From: Trichosphaerium sp. ATCC 40318
Taxonomy: Eukaryota > Protista > Tubulinea
Direction of reading: 5' to 3'
DNA: 64,000 nucleotides
NCBI GenBank assembly: GCA_038496445.1
Contig: JALMLS010000368.1
Coordinates: forward strand, 124,001 to 188,000
Positions 25,601 to 39,639 of the stretch are shown here, piece by piece. Position 1 is the stretch's first letter. The number at the start of each line of letters is the position of its first letter. Both the position numbers and the translations under genes were made by a program. Below the pieces are notes generated by a model that made no database searches, was not told where the DNA came from, and was given only the letters and a program-made list of their open reading frames with translations.

Positions 25601-27537
25601 TTGTACTTGAGTATCGCCTATACGGCAGGGTGAGAGTAGTCTATACAGACAGATAGGGAACAGCCCACGTACCTCTTTAAAAAGAGCGGCAATATGAACG
25701 TTAGGGTTGCCAAAAGCACCACAACCAAGAGCGCTCAGAACGAGGGAGTTTTTACCCATGTGGATTGCAGTTCTAAATAGCAAGTCTATTTTGGCTTTTG
25801 TCTCCTGTTCGACCTATGTAAAAGAGTTTGTGACACAGACCGCTCTCATGTCTAAAGAGAGTTCTTCTTTTGACGCACACGTCGATCAAGCCTTCCGTTT
25901 ACCACGTGAGGATTCCTGTGCGCAGCAACCGCAATAAAATCAAAGAATTGAGGATCGCGCAAGAAAGGGTATCCTCGTTCCTCAGGACCTCTTGTTTAAA
26001 GGTACATGTTAATCGCTGTAGTAAAAAATAACATACCGAAAAACGAGAATATTTGGAGAATAGATGAGACCTAATTACCATCCTTAGCACATATTTACAA
26101 TATCTACTTTTTTTTTTTAACATACCTACAACGGGATGAGGATAGTGGAAGTGCTTCTGTGGACACAATCTGCCAAAGCTTTTGGAACATAGTGCGGTGT
26201 AGTAGTTAGATCTCCGCATCAGAGATTCTACCATACTCAGCGAGTGCAATAATAACAAATAAGATTCATCTTCTGTACCCACCTTCTTGAGCCCAGTGAC
26301 CTTGTGTGAATCCGCCTCCTTGTGCACTAGTCAGAAAAAATGTTGTTGCTTTAACAAAGAGAACCAGCGTTACCTGGGTGCTTTGCGTTTGCCATATTCA
26401 AAATTAAGGGTGTAAGTTGTACAGATGATTGACGGCGCCTGTAATGTATTTGTCCCGCCATCAATTGAAAGGCAGCAGTCAAACATTCAATATTCATTAC
26501 CTACATAGCCATGCTACGTTAGCGACACCTCTTTCTTAGGAAATGTTGTGAAACGCACCTGTACGTGAGTTATAGGGTACATAGGGCTACCAACATGCAG
26601 TGGAGTTCGATTATCAATCAGCCGCGACTTTGAAGCATAGTGACACAGTCGAGAAGTGTCCAGTTTGATGAAGGATCCACGCAACCAGTACCCACCTCAA
26701 CAGCACACCGTCTGTCAGCCAAAAATATCACAAAGTGGAATTAATTGTAATTAAAAAAATATAAATTTGGGTTTTGTAGAATAAGATGATGGATCAACAT
26801 ACCTTTCTGTAATGCTTGACGTGTTATAATCATAATGTACACGAGCATAGCGTGTATGTATACATTTGATGTACGAAGGTGTTGTCGCTTGCGTTCTTGC
26901 TTTTCACGCAGGTAATGTGTGAACCAGTGAAGCCAAGCTTTGTTATCAAATACCCTTGAATTTAAATCACAGGTCAGAAAACGCTTCTTTTCTCATCTTT
27001 ATCGTTTTGGGCGTACTCAATGTTTATGCACGGGTGTGGCGACAACACGCGTATGTCAGTGCAGTATTTGCGAATGTCTTTAAAAAAAGTATTCCAGTTC
27101 CTGACAAGCAAACGTTATGAATACCCACAATGTAGAGGAGGCGTACGGGCTCGCTCTGCGAGGTACTACGCGCGTATTACGCGCTTGTGGTTCTCTATAC
27201 CGGTGCCGTGGGTCACGTTGTTGGTGCTGTCTCTGCTTTCCAAAAGCGGAACGATTATTGTTGTTGTGCTGCTCTTGGGTAGGTCTGTTCACACGTGCAG
27301 GTAATGGAACTAACCCACGCACATTCAAACTTATGGGACGCTCATACTCTCGATCCCGTGGTGGCGAAGTGTTATTGAGGATTCGGTTTATTAGCCCAGA
27401 CTGATGATTTGAAACCACCTCTGACTCTTCTGCGTACAAGTGTGATGACCCAATCGCTGGGTTGTTATCGTCAGGCACCGCATTCTTCAACGAAGAATTA
27501 AGAGAAAATGCTAAGTTGTGGCGCGTAGGCTCCATGT
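22612..27537 (-). CDS. Multidomain protein: microbial-type PARG macrodomain (DUF2263/TIGR02452-like), acidic linker, DarT-like ADP-ribosyltransferase-fold domain and a C-terminal beta domain
   Basis: PARG-like motifs ESLMRRSNYYTAL...HYP and VLSALGCGAFGNPNVHIAALFKE. ART-like motifs RPVHR...DIFQLVLRHGCLMS, FSIVGPHTNTNYGDIVLVL and IEGHLPSFLPIGYIESIIIP. In-phase splicing was traced across 25.6-24.1 kb. The start codon is approximate. Confidence 0.65.
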
Positions 27538-27992
27538 AAGATATGTCTGGGCGAGTTCTAAGCAATTATTAAACAATCAACCTCAGTTCCTACAAAAAAC
27601 AATAGCTGTACTCTGCAATTTTACAGGGTGGTAATGGCCCATATTGCCTTTTGATAGTGTTAGTGCGATATATAGCCAAGTGATAATTGTTCATTACCCA
27701 CGTGCGTTGTCGCTATCACCCATGAAACAACTGATTGGGCCGTTTAACAATAGTGCAGAATTTAATAACAGTAGGCCTCGAGGTACGAAAAGTCAGGGGT
27801 AGTAAACGCTCAGCAAACTTTTCGGCAACTTTGGCAAAGTGGTTTTTTTTGTACAAAGGGCGACATATTGCTGTCTTTTCACCATTAAAAAAAAATTGTG
27901 CGCTTGTCGCATATGTGGTGAGACTTCAAGTACAACTGTCCCCAGCCGGTGGGGTACTGTGGGTTTTTTTGGATTTGAATTACCAAGATATA

Positions 27993-30900
27993 TTAGCCTT
28001 GTAACTGGTAGGTCTTTAGTAGCCTTTCTGCATGTAAAAAGTTAACAACAATTGCAACAAAGAAAAAAAGAGGGGGAATACTTGCCTTTAACATCACTGT
28101 GCAAGTCTCGCCACATAATAGCCCACTGCTCTGGTGGTAACATAGTTTTGTAGTTAACAATAACGCCTTTTAACATGTCACGAAGAGATGGTTGACCCTT
28201 AACTTCTCTAAAGCGCTCCCTAATGCCATCTCATTAGCTACAAAAAAATGACAAGATGTGGTACTGTACCAAGACGCTATGGCCGTGCAAAGGAAGAACA
28301 AGTGTGGTACCGCAGGTTCAGGGTTTACGTTTATAGCTGCAACAAGGCCTCTAAAAGCAGCGTCCTTCTCGCCATTGTCGGGTACGTTGCAAAGAGCCAT
28401 GCAGTAGCTACGAAGGAAGGTTTGGAGATACGCTGCAACGTCCTACACAGAATCTTTAACAATGTTATTTAAAAAGGGGGATGTACCTTAGGATTGCTCC
28501 AAGCAAGTCTGCCAATGGTGATAGCAGCATTCTCTCGCAAACCATCGCCCATTTGTAAGTTGTTTAGCATTGGTATCAGTTGTTGTAAAGATTGGAGAAC
28601 AAACGGTTGCATTTGATTGCCAGCACGTGCTGCTATCTCGCCTGTGTAATGTATCAGAAATGTGTTTTGTGCATTATACAAAACGAAAACAAGAAAAAAT
28701 AAATTCACAATATAATTATTTGTTCTCTCTTACCAAACGCCCAAATTGCATTATGACACACAGCCATATTTTCAAAAGTAGGACGTATGTTTTCGATGAG
28801 TATCTGCAAGATAGTAAGTAGTTGATCAGCGCTAAAAGGAACCAGAAATGAACCGTACGTTTATGAAAAATGGCATGTTGCTTTGAACGCTCTCATATGC
28901 GTTGTGGACCACGTCTCCAATAAGCGCAAACGTGCTTTGCTTAACTGAGTTGTAGTCGGTGAGCTAAAATACGGATTAGTAACATAGCAGCAAGAAAAGA
29001 GGGTGGGTGAGGGGTGAGGTCTATATTTGTCGTACCTTGCACGCTTCGACCAAGAGAGATCCAATGTTTGCACTTGTCAGAAGTCCCGTAATCTTTGGTC
29101 CAAGGGCTTCAGTGAGGGCTGATAACAAGTCTAGGGCACCAACAAGGTAATCGTGTTGTGGTTCTTTGATGCCCTCGCCATTTGGGTTCGTTATAAAGAC
29201 ACCATATTGTGTAAAGAACAATTGAGCGATTTGCATGCACCCTTGAAATACCATAGGAGCGAATGGTGCAAAATTATCCTACAAGGCAGTGTTAGGGCGT
29301 GGGGTGGGCGTAAGCAAATGGGCGTGAGACATACGCGGAGAGCAAGACAAATTGAAGTCATGCACTCGAGCAATGCTTGCATCCGTGGATCGTCTGGGGC
29401 TGTTGTTTGCCACTTTTGCATGAGAGGGGGCATTATTATATTGATAAGTTCAGGTTTATCAAGTGCAGAATGTACGTGTTCAGCCTATTAATGAAATTCA
29501 ATTAGCCGCCTGGTTTTAGTTTTTCAACACTCAAACAACTTGAGGACGGTATGCACTTACCAATGTGCCTAGTGCGTCGTATACTAAAATTGTATTCTTT
29601 GCTTGATAGTGTTGCAAGCACTCAACAAATTTGTTGAGTGTAGGTTGAAGGAAAGGTACAAGCAAGTCTGTGGCATACTAATTGAAAGTTAGAAAACTTT
29701 GCTAGATTTCTACAACAAAAACATCGATGCAAAACAAGTACCTCTTCTAATGCTGCAAATGACGAACAGGCTGCTTCCTGAACGCGCTTACTTCCGTCAG
29801 CCATACGTCCAATGAGAGTTACAACCAAAGGTTTAAAGAAGGGATTGTCGTATGGATTAGGTTGCCTAGTAATCCATTTCGAATATCGAGATAGCGTCCA
29901 ACAAGCGATTGATCTTTGGAAAGCAAAAAATGTTAATAAAAACCAAGGTAAAGGTGACTACTACTAGTAGATTGCACAAACCTCACAATTTTCTGCTCGT
30001 CGTTGGTTAATCTAATGAGGAACGGCACAAGCTCGGGCAAATGTTTTAGCATGCCACTCATGGTACCATCGGCAACTGCACCAAGTGCAAGTATTGCGCT
30101 TTCGCGAACAAGCCAATCGTTGTGCTGCAAATGAGGAGTTACAAAACCAATCAAACAACTGCCCTTTTGAACGTACGCCCAGTCGCTTCATTACATCTGG
30201 AATGACAACACTTAATAACGGGTCCCCAATACGACGCGCCAGTAAATCTAAACTGTATGCGGCACTCTTTCTCAAGCTCCATCTATTTTCAGCTTCCTCT
30301 GTCTCCTCTGCAAGCGGGGGAGGACCCCAAGTGAGTTTGTGGATAACGACGATTTTTTTTTAGAGGGTACGTACCATCCCACTGAGCATTTTGGCTGCCC
30401 TTGTACTTGCTTCTAGCAAACCTAGGCTTTATTTGATCTAATCTGTCCGGTATTTTTGCGTCATCGTCATCGTCCAATTCGTCCAATTCCTCTTGAACGT
30501 AAACCATGCGATTCAAAATCGTTGGCACTAATCTAAACAAATAGGTCAGAGGCGATTTCACTTGCTGCATCCTTTTTGGCCACTGGGCTTTGCGCCAAGC
30601 TCAGATAAAACCAAAAAATAACAAAAACAACTTCTTGAAAGGGAGCGTACTGAGCGATGTGAGGTGTCAAACATTTAACTGACATCTCCGAGTGCATTTC
30701 TAAAAACGCTATCCAAAATTCACATGCTTCAGTTGGAATATTAAACTCTGACTCGTCTGGAGAAGCCGTGCAATGTATCAAAAACCTAGTACCGAAGCGT
30801 TAATCAAAAAGGAGCGTTAAACCAAGAAAAAAGTGTAAATATAAAAACATAGAGTGTTGGAATTAAGTGAATCCCATGCTTTCTCACGGAAACTTACGTT

Positions 30901-32080
30901 ACAATATCGTTCATCTTAGGAATCAATACATCTGGTCTGCACTCAACCAAAGAAACGAACGTCTGGCAAACAGTGGCACGCATTTCAGGAGAAGTGTCAT
31001 TGGCCAGGTAAAAAACGCCCTAACAATATTAATCAACATGTCAATACGAAACAAATTGGTTATCCACAAAAAAAAAAAAAACGCCTGTGAGCCAAGGCGT
31101 TGCGTAAAATTAAATTTAGTTGGTTCTGCTGCTAAGTACCTGCAAGAACGTATCCATGTGGACCAAGAACGGCACAGGAAGTGTATAAATAAAGTGACCG
31201 AGAGAGCGCAATGCAATGAGGCGGTGTGTAGATTGTGGAGATTGAAAGAATGACAACAACTTAGGAATCAGCAAGTTTAGCGCTTGACCTGATCCATCTT
31301 TACCTTCCAGCTTGTTTGATCCCTCCTATGTTTTGTATTAACCATCATGCGCACTTTAAGAAAAGACCCAATGGAAGTGTTGTTCCTTTTTTTTTTTGTT
31401 TTTAGTACCTCACATAACTTCTCAATGGCCTTGAGAGAACCGTCTACAGCATGAGCGGAACCTTTGTTTTCAAGATTGACAAGTAAAAAGTGGAGAAGTC
31501 CTGGCCAAGCCTCAATGCCGCCAGCCTTTACGAAAGCGCTCACTATTGAACCGGCAGTGTCACTCACGGATTTTATTTCGTCGGTGATGCATGTGGCAAC
31601 CTACAACGCTTATTACAGGCGTAATACGCACAATATTTCGCGCCAAGCCCGAAGGGGCTTTTGCAAGGCCAGAAAAATTACTGCGCATGATCAAAGGCGT
31701 AGTGTAGTTTCAAGAGCGAGAAAAGAAGCAGATCAGCTTAAACGTACCTCTGTGCGAACGTATTCCTTAATATCGGGCGCCATAGTAGACCACAACCGCA
31801 CACCAGTATTTTTAACAAGCAAACCGGCTATTGTACGCGTGACTTGGTGGAGGTCCTTCATCTTGCTAAAAACATAGCAGCAATACACCAAAAAATCCTG
31901 TCGTTGGCTCAGAGCCGATATTGCCTATTCTAGTATTTAATGGCGGCGTTTTTGAGGCTGTAAAGGTTCAACCTCTTGTGTTTTCCTTTGAGTCGCTGTG
32001 TCCGGTATTCTAGAACTATCAATGAGCTCGATTATCTCCTTGAGCAATTTGCCATCCGGTTGCCAGTTGGGCTGTGTCAT
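27993..32080 (-). CDS. TNPO1: Transportin-1 (karyopherin beta-2)
   Basis: [13 protein letters not shown]; acidic H8 loop [19 protein letters not shown]; [12 protein letters not shown]; [14 protein letters not shown]; [17 protein letters not shown]; [10 protein letters not shown]. Confidence 0.9.
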
Positions 32081-32344
32081 TTTGGCTGTGCAAGAAATAA
32101 TGAACTTTGATTGAAAAACCTAGTCGTCATTTTGAGTGACATTTTTGCATTTTCACTGATTTTCAACACTCGGTTAGTAGTATGTCGACATATCAATCAA
32201 TTCACAGAGGTGATATACAAAGAGCGCTTCATAGCATGTTAATTTAAGTTTCGTTTTTCTATCTACAAAGTAGTTTACAGTATATTTTGGGTTTTTCTTA
32301 CATTATGGTACAACAATATGTCAAAATCTTGTGTTTGAGGAAAT

Positions 32345-33480
32345 CATGAAAGTTTCATGACGCTAGCGGATGTATTAGCTATGTGTCCAGGCCAGCCTGA
32401 TCATTTTTAATGTGCGAGAGGACTTTGCGTAGAATAACAAGTACCTTTTGTAATCGTTAGCAAAACGCATTATTTACCATAGTTTTCTCGTACGAATTGA
32501 AAATTTGCATCTCTCTGACTTAGTCCGAGGGTACCCTCCATAAATTGCTTTTTTGTCGGTAACGTCATCAGAGCAGTTTCAACCACCTAGGTACGTAAAT
32601 GGGCAATACTTTTTTAAAAAAGGAAGTTATTGTACAGTTTGGACTAGCCACGAATGACTTAGCTTTAATGACTTTTCATAGGCCAAAGAAGCGCACTTTC
32701 GTAGAGAATTGTTAAGGACATCGCAATCGTCGTCGATCTCATGGAGAAAACAAATCATGTAATCTAGCAAGTTAATTAATACCAGGAGACGAACTACAAC
32801 TAAAAATATGATGGCACGTGTTTTTATAGATTTAAATCGTACCTAAGGCCATAGCAAGTGCATCAACACAATTCTTACCACAGTCATTCAAGTGTCTTAT
32901 GTCCTTACACGTGGTAAGTGGGTGGTGTTTTTAATTGAAAACAACCAATAAATAAATTGCGAAAAAAAATGGCGTACCATTAACGATGGTTTTTCTGGAA
33001 GAGAGTTCATATAGATTAAGCGTATACCTTTCATTTTACGTTTCAATTCTTTTACAACAAATTTGAAAGGGCGCCCAAGTGTTTCTATTGGCGTGAGACA
33101 GTTATAAATACGCATGACTCGTACCGATAACACCACACAAATCTTCGAAAGCATTTACAAATGAGAGTGTATCAAAGTCGATGGTATCGCGGAAGTGCAG
33201 TATAGAAAAAGCGAACTTGGACTCCCAGTCGCTCACCATTGAAGGTTCTTCAAACGAGAAAAATTCATCTATGAACAGCGGTAAGCGATTATGATATTCT
33301 GATTACACGTACCTTCTGAATCTGAGCACATACGCAACTGCAGCGTTGATTTCGACTTGAAATAAATGGGTAAGACTCAGTCTCCGCAATTAAGTGTACT
33401 GTACCAATGAAACTGACCTCTTTGTTGCGCGTTATTCGTACTATGCTTCACTACTAGTGTAAAGCCGCCAAAAAACTCCG
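32345..33480 (-). CDS. Glycolipid transfer protein (GLTP/ACD11-like); ends approximate
   Basis: Spliced exons give LGRPFKFVVKELKRKM, CASLAYEKSLKLSHSWLVQT and VVETALMTLPTKKQF, matching the GLTP pattern AY...L...H.W.V.....A...LP....F. Confidence 0.55.
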
Positions 33481-33779
33481 TGCGGTTGTAGTGGCGTATT
33501 TAACAGAAAATCAACAGTGAATGTCTGCCAGTAGGCGTCATTGCTGTTGATGCGTTCGTTAGCAACTATTCACGAGTTTTCAGTGAGCGTAATGTTTAAG
33601 TTGGTTTACATTTTAAAACCAATAAAAGAACAAGGCTTTAGCGTTTACGGTGGAATTCCAAAAGGCGTAGCTAATTACACTTTATTTTAGTATTATCAGG
33701 TAGTTAGAATATACATAAAACGTGTGTCCCAATAACGCCCTAGGTATTACAACGCGAAAGCATAGCGCGAATCCACAAT

Positions 33780-36700
33780 ATGGGAGACAACGACTGTGTT
33801 TGTCCCTTATGTAACCAAACGTATCCCCAGGTATCGTAGATTGTCTGCAGTCGCTTTAAATGACTTTTCGTAACACTTTGGAGTATTTTGGGGTTTACTC
33901 AAGTATGCTAGTGCCTCATAGAGCAGCACGTAGACATTTGTTTGCGAGCGAAGCAGGAGCGTGAGGACGCTGAATTAGCAACAAAACTTCAACGTAATTT
34001 TGTACGGCATTTTGTTGTTTTATTAGATTACCATTTCAATTGTTCAACAACAGTTACCTCTTGTCAAACAGGCACATATGCAACCTATTAACGTTGTGTA
34101 GACAAGTAATCAAGGAGGGAGTGTTGCGCGTCGAGAACCCAAGCCAAAGAAAACCCGACAACCTGCAAGAGTGGCGCGCACAACTGCACCTCGCACTGCC
34201 AGCTCTGGACAAATCTCAAACGTGCGTGTCACGTGTTTTGTGTGGTGAATTTAACGTGCATTTACGTGCAGCAGAACCCGCGCAAATATGTGGCGTATCC
34301 CTCTTCTGGATCCGTTGTATCACCGTCTCCGTATGCGGTGGCTGGTGTCACACACCCAAGCCATGTTACTCCACAATCGCATGTCCCGTCAGCGTACGCG
34401 ACCGCCGGATCAGGTTTAGCTCCTGGCTTTGCACCAGGTGCGCATTCATCTTTGTAGTATTTATGACACTGACACGAGTATTTACCTGACTTCGTTTTAT
34501 AGTAGTTGCACCATATCTTGTTGGATCTCCGCCCACGATACCATCCCAACCCAATTTTGGTGCGGGCCTGAGTACGTAGAAGACAAAGGCCAAACACGGC
34601 CGCGTGTAAGGTTTTTGCTAAAGCGTATATTGTAGTGCCCCAAGCCATGCCTATAGCACCACTTGCAACTACACTACCACCGTCAATGAACCCTTACTTA
34701 CCGTCCAGTGAGGTAAGCATGGTCAGCAACCAATTACACAATAATTTGCAACAGGATGGAGGTGTTGATAGATTAGAGCGATTGCCATTTACTGATTTGT
34801 CACCTTCTCACAGTGTACGCTAATTCAACAGTTGCCAGTCTCCACGCTCAATTTTATTCTCAGCCCAGTGATGTTGATTTGCGTGGCGTGCAATCCCGGC
34901 TAGATGGTATGCCACTGAGTACTGGTGTTGACATGTCTCGCACTGCGCTCGCACCTATCAAGGTATGCTGCCATGATAAAAACAAAATGAATTGATTTGT
35001 ACTAACTACCAAGCAGCCCAATGTAAAGGTGTTGCCTTTCGTGGACACTTCTGTGTTACAACCAGAAATAGTGCAAAGTACATCACCTATAGCGCAAACG
35101 CTTGATAGTTCGCCATCAAGTTTCATGCGTGTACCTGTACCAGGCACTATACCGACTGCTGTGCAAGAGCCATATATTGAACCATCTGCTCCCTCAAGCA
35201 ATTCCATTGCCCCTTTATCGAGTACGTCGCTTTAAACACGATTTGTGTTACAACCTGATTGTGTTACAACCTGTCTCAAAAAAAAATGGCAGTATGCTTA
35301 CCCGTGTGTTCCAAGTTGGCGATACTAGTCTCATGTTCCCTATGGCGGAGAGCCAGCCTGATCCAGAAGTGCCTGCAGTTGAGAGCACAACATCTGTAGC
35401 ACTTGATCTTGCCAATTTGAGTGTGACGGTATACCACAATTTACAAGTTGGGTTGGGTATTGACTAGCTATCTAGAACCCAGATGGAAATACCCCTCCAA
35501 CTGCTCCATTTGGTATGGATCCTTTTCTACACTACGTACGCTCCTAGTTTTTTTAGCGTTGTTGGAGGACTAATGCTATAATCCAGCCGGATACTCCTCC
35601 TCAAGTACCGCGACCGAAGCCACCAACTACTACTCAGCAGCCTCAACTTGAACCTGCGCCTGTCGATACCAACAAGGTTAATAAGGTAGAGAAGGTGAAG
35701 TCTACCTCAGAAGGTGATGACAATGCTACAAAGTACAAGCAAAGGTTGAGGGAAAAGTTTGAAAGAGTACAACAATTTCAAGATGTCAAGGAAAATATAG
35801 CTGAGCGTATAAACAGCCTTCCAGCTTACCTAGATGACCCAGTTGAACCCACTTCCATCAAAGAAGAACGGAAACCAAGCGCGTTGCCCTCTTGGGCGGC
35901 ATACTACATCGCGCCACCCAAGTACCTATCCCTCTCGTCCATAATTTTTGAATGTAGTGTCCACAACGTATTTATTTACTTGAATAGAGCAGAACCTGTT
36001 CAGAAAGCGGAGAGGCAATATTCCTTTTCAGATAAGGAGATTAGAAAAATGGACACACTGTTCGTGAAGCGGCTAAAGGCGGCTGAAACACCTGAAGACG
36101 AACGCACAATAATTGTTGGCAACATGCAGATGATTCTAGAGTACGGCTGTACCCTCCCTTATAACGCCCTACTAACTTGTTTGTTTGGTGTAGCTGTCAC
36201 AGCCATCCTCTAGGTAAAATTATGTATCAATTTGCTGAAACGTGGATCATACCATATCAGCGCATCAATGAGCCTACGCCCAATACGATTCAGGCAATAT
36301 CTAGAACGATCACAGATTTCAAGTGTACGTGCACGTCACCCGTAAGTAACGCGTTGTTCACACATGTTATCCAAAAGGTGTCCTCATAAACCAGTGTGTT
36401 GGGTACTTCAAAAGCGTAGCAGACACAGAGCAGCGTGTCAACAACTACGCAGAAGGTGTATCAAAAGCGCTATGGATTGTTACATATGATCAATTTTTCG
36501 CTTTGTGCAAAAAAATGGTACCCTTCACACCACAACACAACACTATTTTTTCCAACTCACCATCTCAAGCACCGCGCTGAGGATGCTGTCCATGCCTCGA
36601 AGATAGCGGAGTTCAAGGATTTGCACCCGGCTCATTTGGGCATAAAGTCCAGATTCTGGCTAACAGATGTACGCAAAAACCCTTTAAAATACGTGTTAAC

Positions 36701-37382
36701 CACAAGTGTAGAAAGTGGATTGGACACTAAAACCTGTTTCTGCTGGTACGTTTCTTCTTTTTGTTTTTTTTTTCATAGGATGACTGTCAACAACACAACT
36801 TACTCTGTTTTTCGTTATTAGTGGACGAACCTTACAAGAAGGCTATACAAGTATGTACTGGTACATGTGTTACTCGTTCTGACATTTTTTTGTTAGCGCT
36901 TGCAATGTCTGACAACTATAAAGAATCCAATGGACAAGCTGCAATGTGTTGTTGAGACAGCACAGACCATGCTCAAGTTAGTTGACAGATTCTGGTCCAA
37001 GAAGCCTACAGGTGCTAACGTAGCTGTGTACGTTTGCATTTTATATAGATGAGGGGCATGTGGGCTAACATTGGACATAGGGGAGGAGACGAGCTGGTGC
37101 CTTTGTTGACATATATCATATTGAAAGCAAACGTACCAAGTATTTACTCAGAAACATGTTTTATGGAAGACTTTATAGATGAACAAGCAGCAATGCAAGA
37201 AAAGGGCACGTTTTACTACTTTTTTATGGGCGCAGAAAGAGTGTGTTTGGTTTTTGTTATTGACATGTTGTGCAGGGTATATTTTAGCGACGTTGCAGAC
37301 GTGTCTTGCTTACATTTGTTGCCTGGAGATGGAACAAACTCAAATTTGTGCAAAGGACATCATTGACCGCGAATGCAAGTAA
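33780..37382 (+). CDS. VPS9-domain Rab5-family GEF with N-terminal UBZ zinc finger/MIU-like motif and Pro-rich linker
   Basis: MGDNDCVCPLCNQTYPQ...IEQHVDICL...EREDAELATKLQ; VPS9 core GGDELVPLLTYIILKANVPSIYSE...EKGYILATLQTCLAYI. Confidence 0.8.
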
Positions 37383-37564
37383 TACAAATCAGTGGCACAG
37401 CTTGGCATTGACTAGTATACTCGAATACTAAGATGCGTTTATGTAAAATTGTACAATAGATGTAAAAAAAAAAAACCAAAAAGAATAATCCCACTGTGTC
37501 ATAGTTACAACGCACCGACTATAATTCAAATATTTGTTTTGTTACACGAGAACCGAAAGATTTG

Positions 37565-38693
37565 CTACAGCACTATTTTGCTTTGAAAGCACTGTCGTAC
37601 TATGCCGGAGTGTAGAGAAATTTCATCCCTTAGCTCTGTCTGTTGTGGTGTTGTTCTTTGGTATTGTGTAACCAGTTCTTTTTCATAGTCGCCATACGCC
37701 TGTAGCACGCAATCAGGTGCCCCAATTGGTTTGAACGCGTCTGGTGGTGGCTGTTGTTCCAAGTCATTGGTTTCAGCGTCATCCTTCGCTTCTGCTTCCT
37801 CCTTAGTCTCCTTCTTTTCGTCATCTTTTTTGGTATCTTTCCACTTAGCATCTTCTACTGACAACAAATTGCGAAATGACAGAAGCGTTAGGCGCTCTTG
37901 TTCAGTTATGTTGGCAATCTTGTATTGCTTGCATTCAATAGAGTAGTTGATTTCATTAATGCGTTCATAGAGCGCATCTGTTATTGCTCGGAACTGGACC
38001 TGGTATCTAGTGCAGTGTACAGGCTCTTTGACACTGTCGTCTAGTTCTCTAGCGTTTTCCGTTGATTCCACGCGGGCCCAGGATTTGTGCTTATTCATGC
38101 TTTCAAGCGCCTAGTACAGGTTTAGTGTTGCAGTATGTTTTAGGTTGTGTAGTGACACCTCCAAAAATTTGACGCGTGGCATTTCGGTGCCAGGTGTCCA
38201 GAAAACGCGCGCATTTTGGTGTTCCAATTCTTCTTTGTGGAGGTGGAAAGTGTCTGGGATTTCTGTTCCTTTTGGTAGACGCCATACTGGGCTAATGCAT
38301 GGTTGTTGTACTGTAGAAGAAATGACACCAACGGGCTTTGTGGTATCTTCAGCATTGTCTTGATATTGTAAGTTTAGTTACAATTTGGTAGCGTACGTCC
38401 TATGCCGTGAGCACTAACAAGATATACACCCGACTTGTCGAGTTCTGTTATTCGTGGAGGAAATTGACTGTTATCCGCGCCAAAGTTGTCTACAATGTAA
38501 GGAGAGTATCGTGGCAAACGTATGTACCTAGTAATGGACTGCTTTCGCTTCCACAGTGAAATATGTCAAATTCAAGCAACGAAGCCTTGTTTGCGCTGTA
38601 TCTACGAATTACCCGACTTTTGTACTTTTTAGATACGTTTTGACAACTACGAGCCCGTTGTCGGACGTAAATACAATTGTAGCGTGAAATCAT
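37565..38693 (-). CDS. Putative Tse2-like ADP-ribosyltransferase-fold protein with a charged helical C-terminus
   Basis: Spliced translation includes FDIFHCG...GVISST...VWRLPKGTEIPDTFHLHKEE...VFWTPGTEMPRVKFLEAL, which resembles the Tse2 pattern IPKGT.IP..L.L...P...M...F...L. The family call is by eye. Confidence 0.45.
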
Positions 38694-39639
38694 TCGTAGG
38701 AAGCGATTTCTGGCTGTTAGGTGGGTGCAAATTTGACTGTTGAGGACAGCACTTTTTTCAACTGAAAAGGCTGTTTAACAAAACCCACAAATTGTAAGAT
38801 GCTAATATTTATGCTGTCTCTTTAACTCATGGGCTAGGTACCAAAAATGTTCCATTAATTCCTGTTGTACAACATGTATGGTTTGGAAAAAATGTCACCT
38901 CACAAAAAAGCACCATGCAGAGAACCACTCCCAAAGAGGCCAGTGCCTAAACAACCAAAGATTCCTAACCAAGGGCTCCCAAAACAGCAAAGATGACACA
39001 ATAGAAAAGTATTGCCCTTGAAAAAAATGCTTCACCTGTTCCTGGAGACTGACCCACAACCCAAATGCTGGTCAGCAAAGAATGTGAACAATATTATACC
39101 AAAGCAAGACTGTGTGGTAAGCATGCCACTAGCAATTTTAAAAAGCAAAGATAATACTTTGAAACAATTGGCAAGAAGTAGAATTCATTCTCAAATGTAT
39201 TAAAAAAACAGCTTTTGTAAAACAAAATGCAAACAAGTTATTTGGTGACTGAAACATGATAAAATGAAGTCAGAGCAAGAATGGTACTTGGTGAAGTATT
39301 TTTTGAAAAAACTTGATTGGTTTTACTAGCACTAGTGCACTCAAAGCAAAACATGCTATTTTATGTACTTATGCTCAATCTCAAGTCTTATATTTTGCTA
39401 GATCTTTAGACATTCCTCACAACATTGACACCCAATGGTGAAATATTGTTAATTGGTTTTTATTTTATGGTTTCTATAACAGTGTTAACAATGTCTCCAA
39501 AGTTTACAACAATGACCATGTTTATAGATCCTCATTGGGTAATAGAACCTCATTGCCGTTTCATCTGGAAGGGCTCTCTATTCCAGATCTATCTACTATT
39601 GCCAATATCTTCAAAGCCTCTATGGTCCAGGCACCTCTC

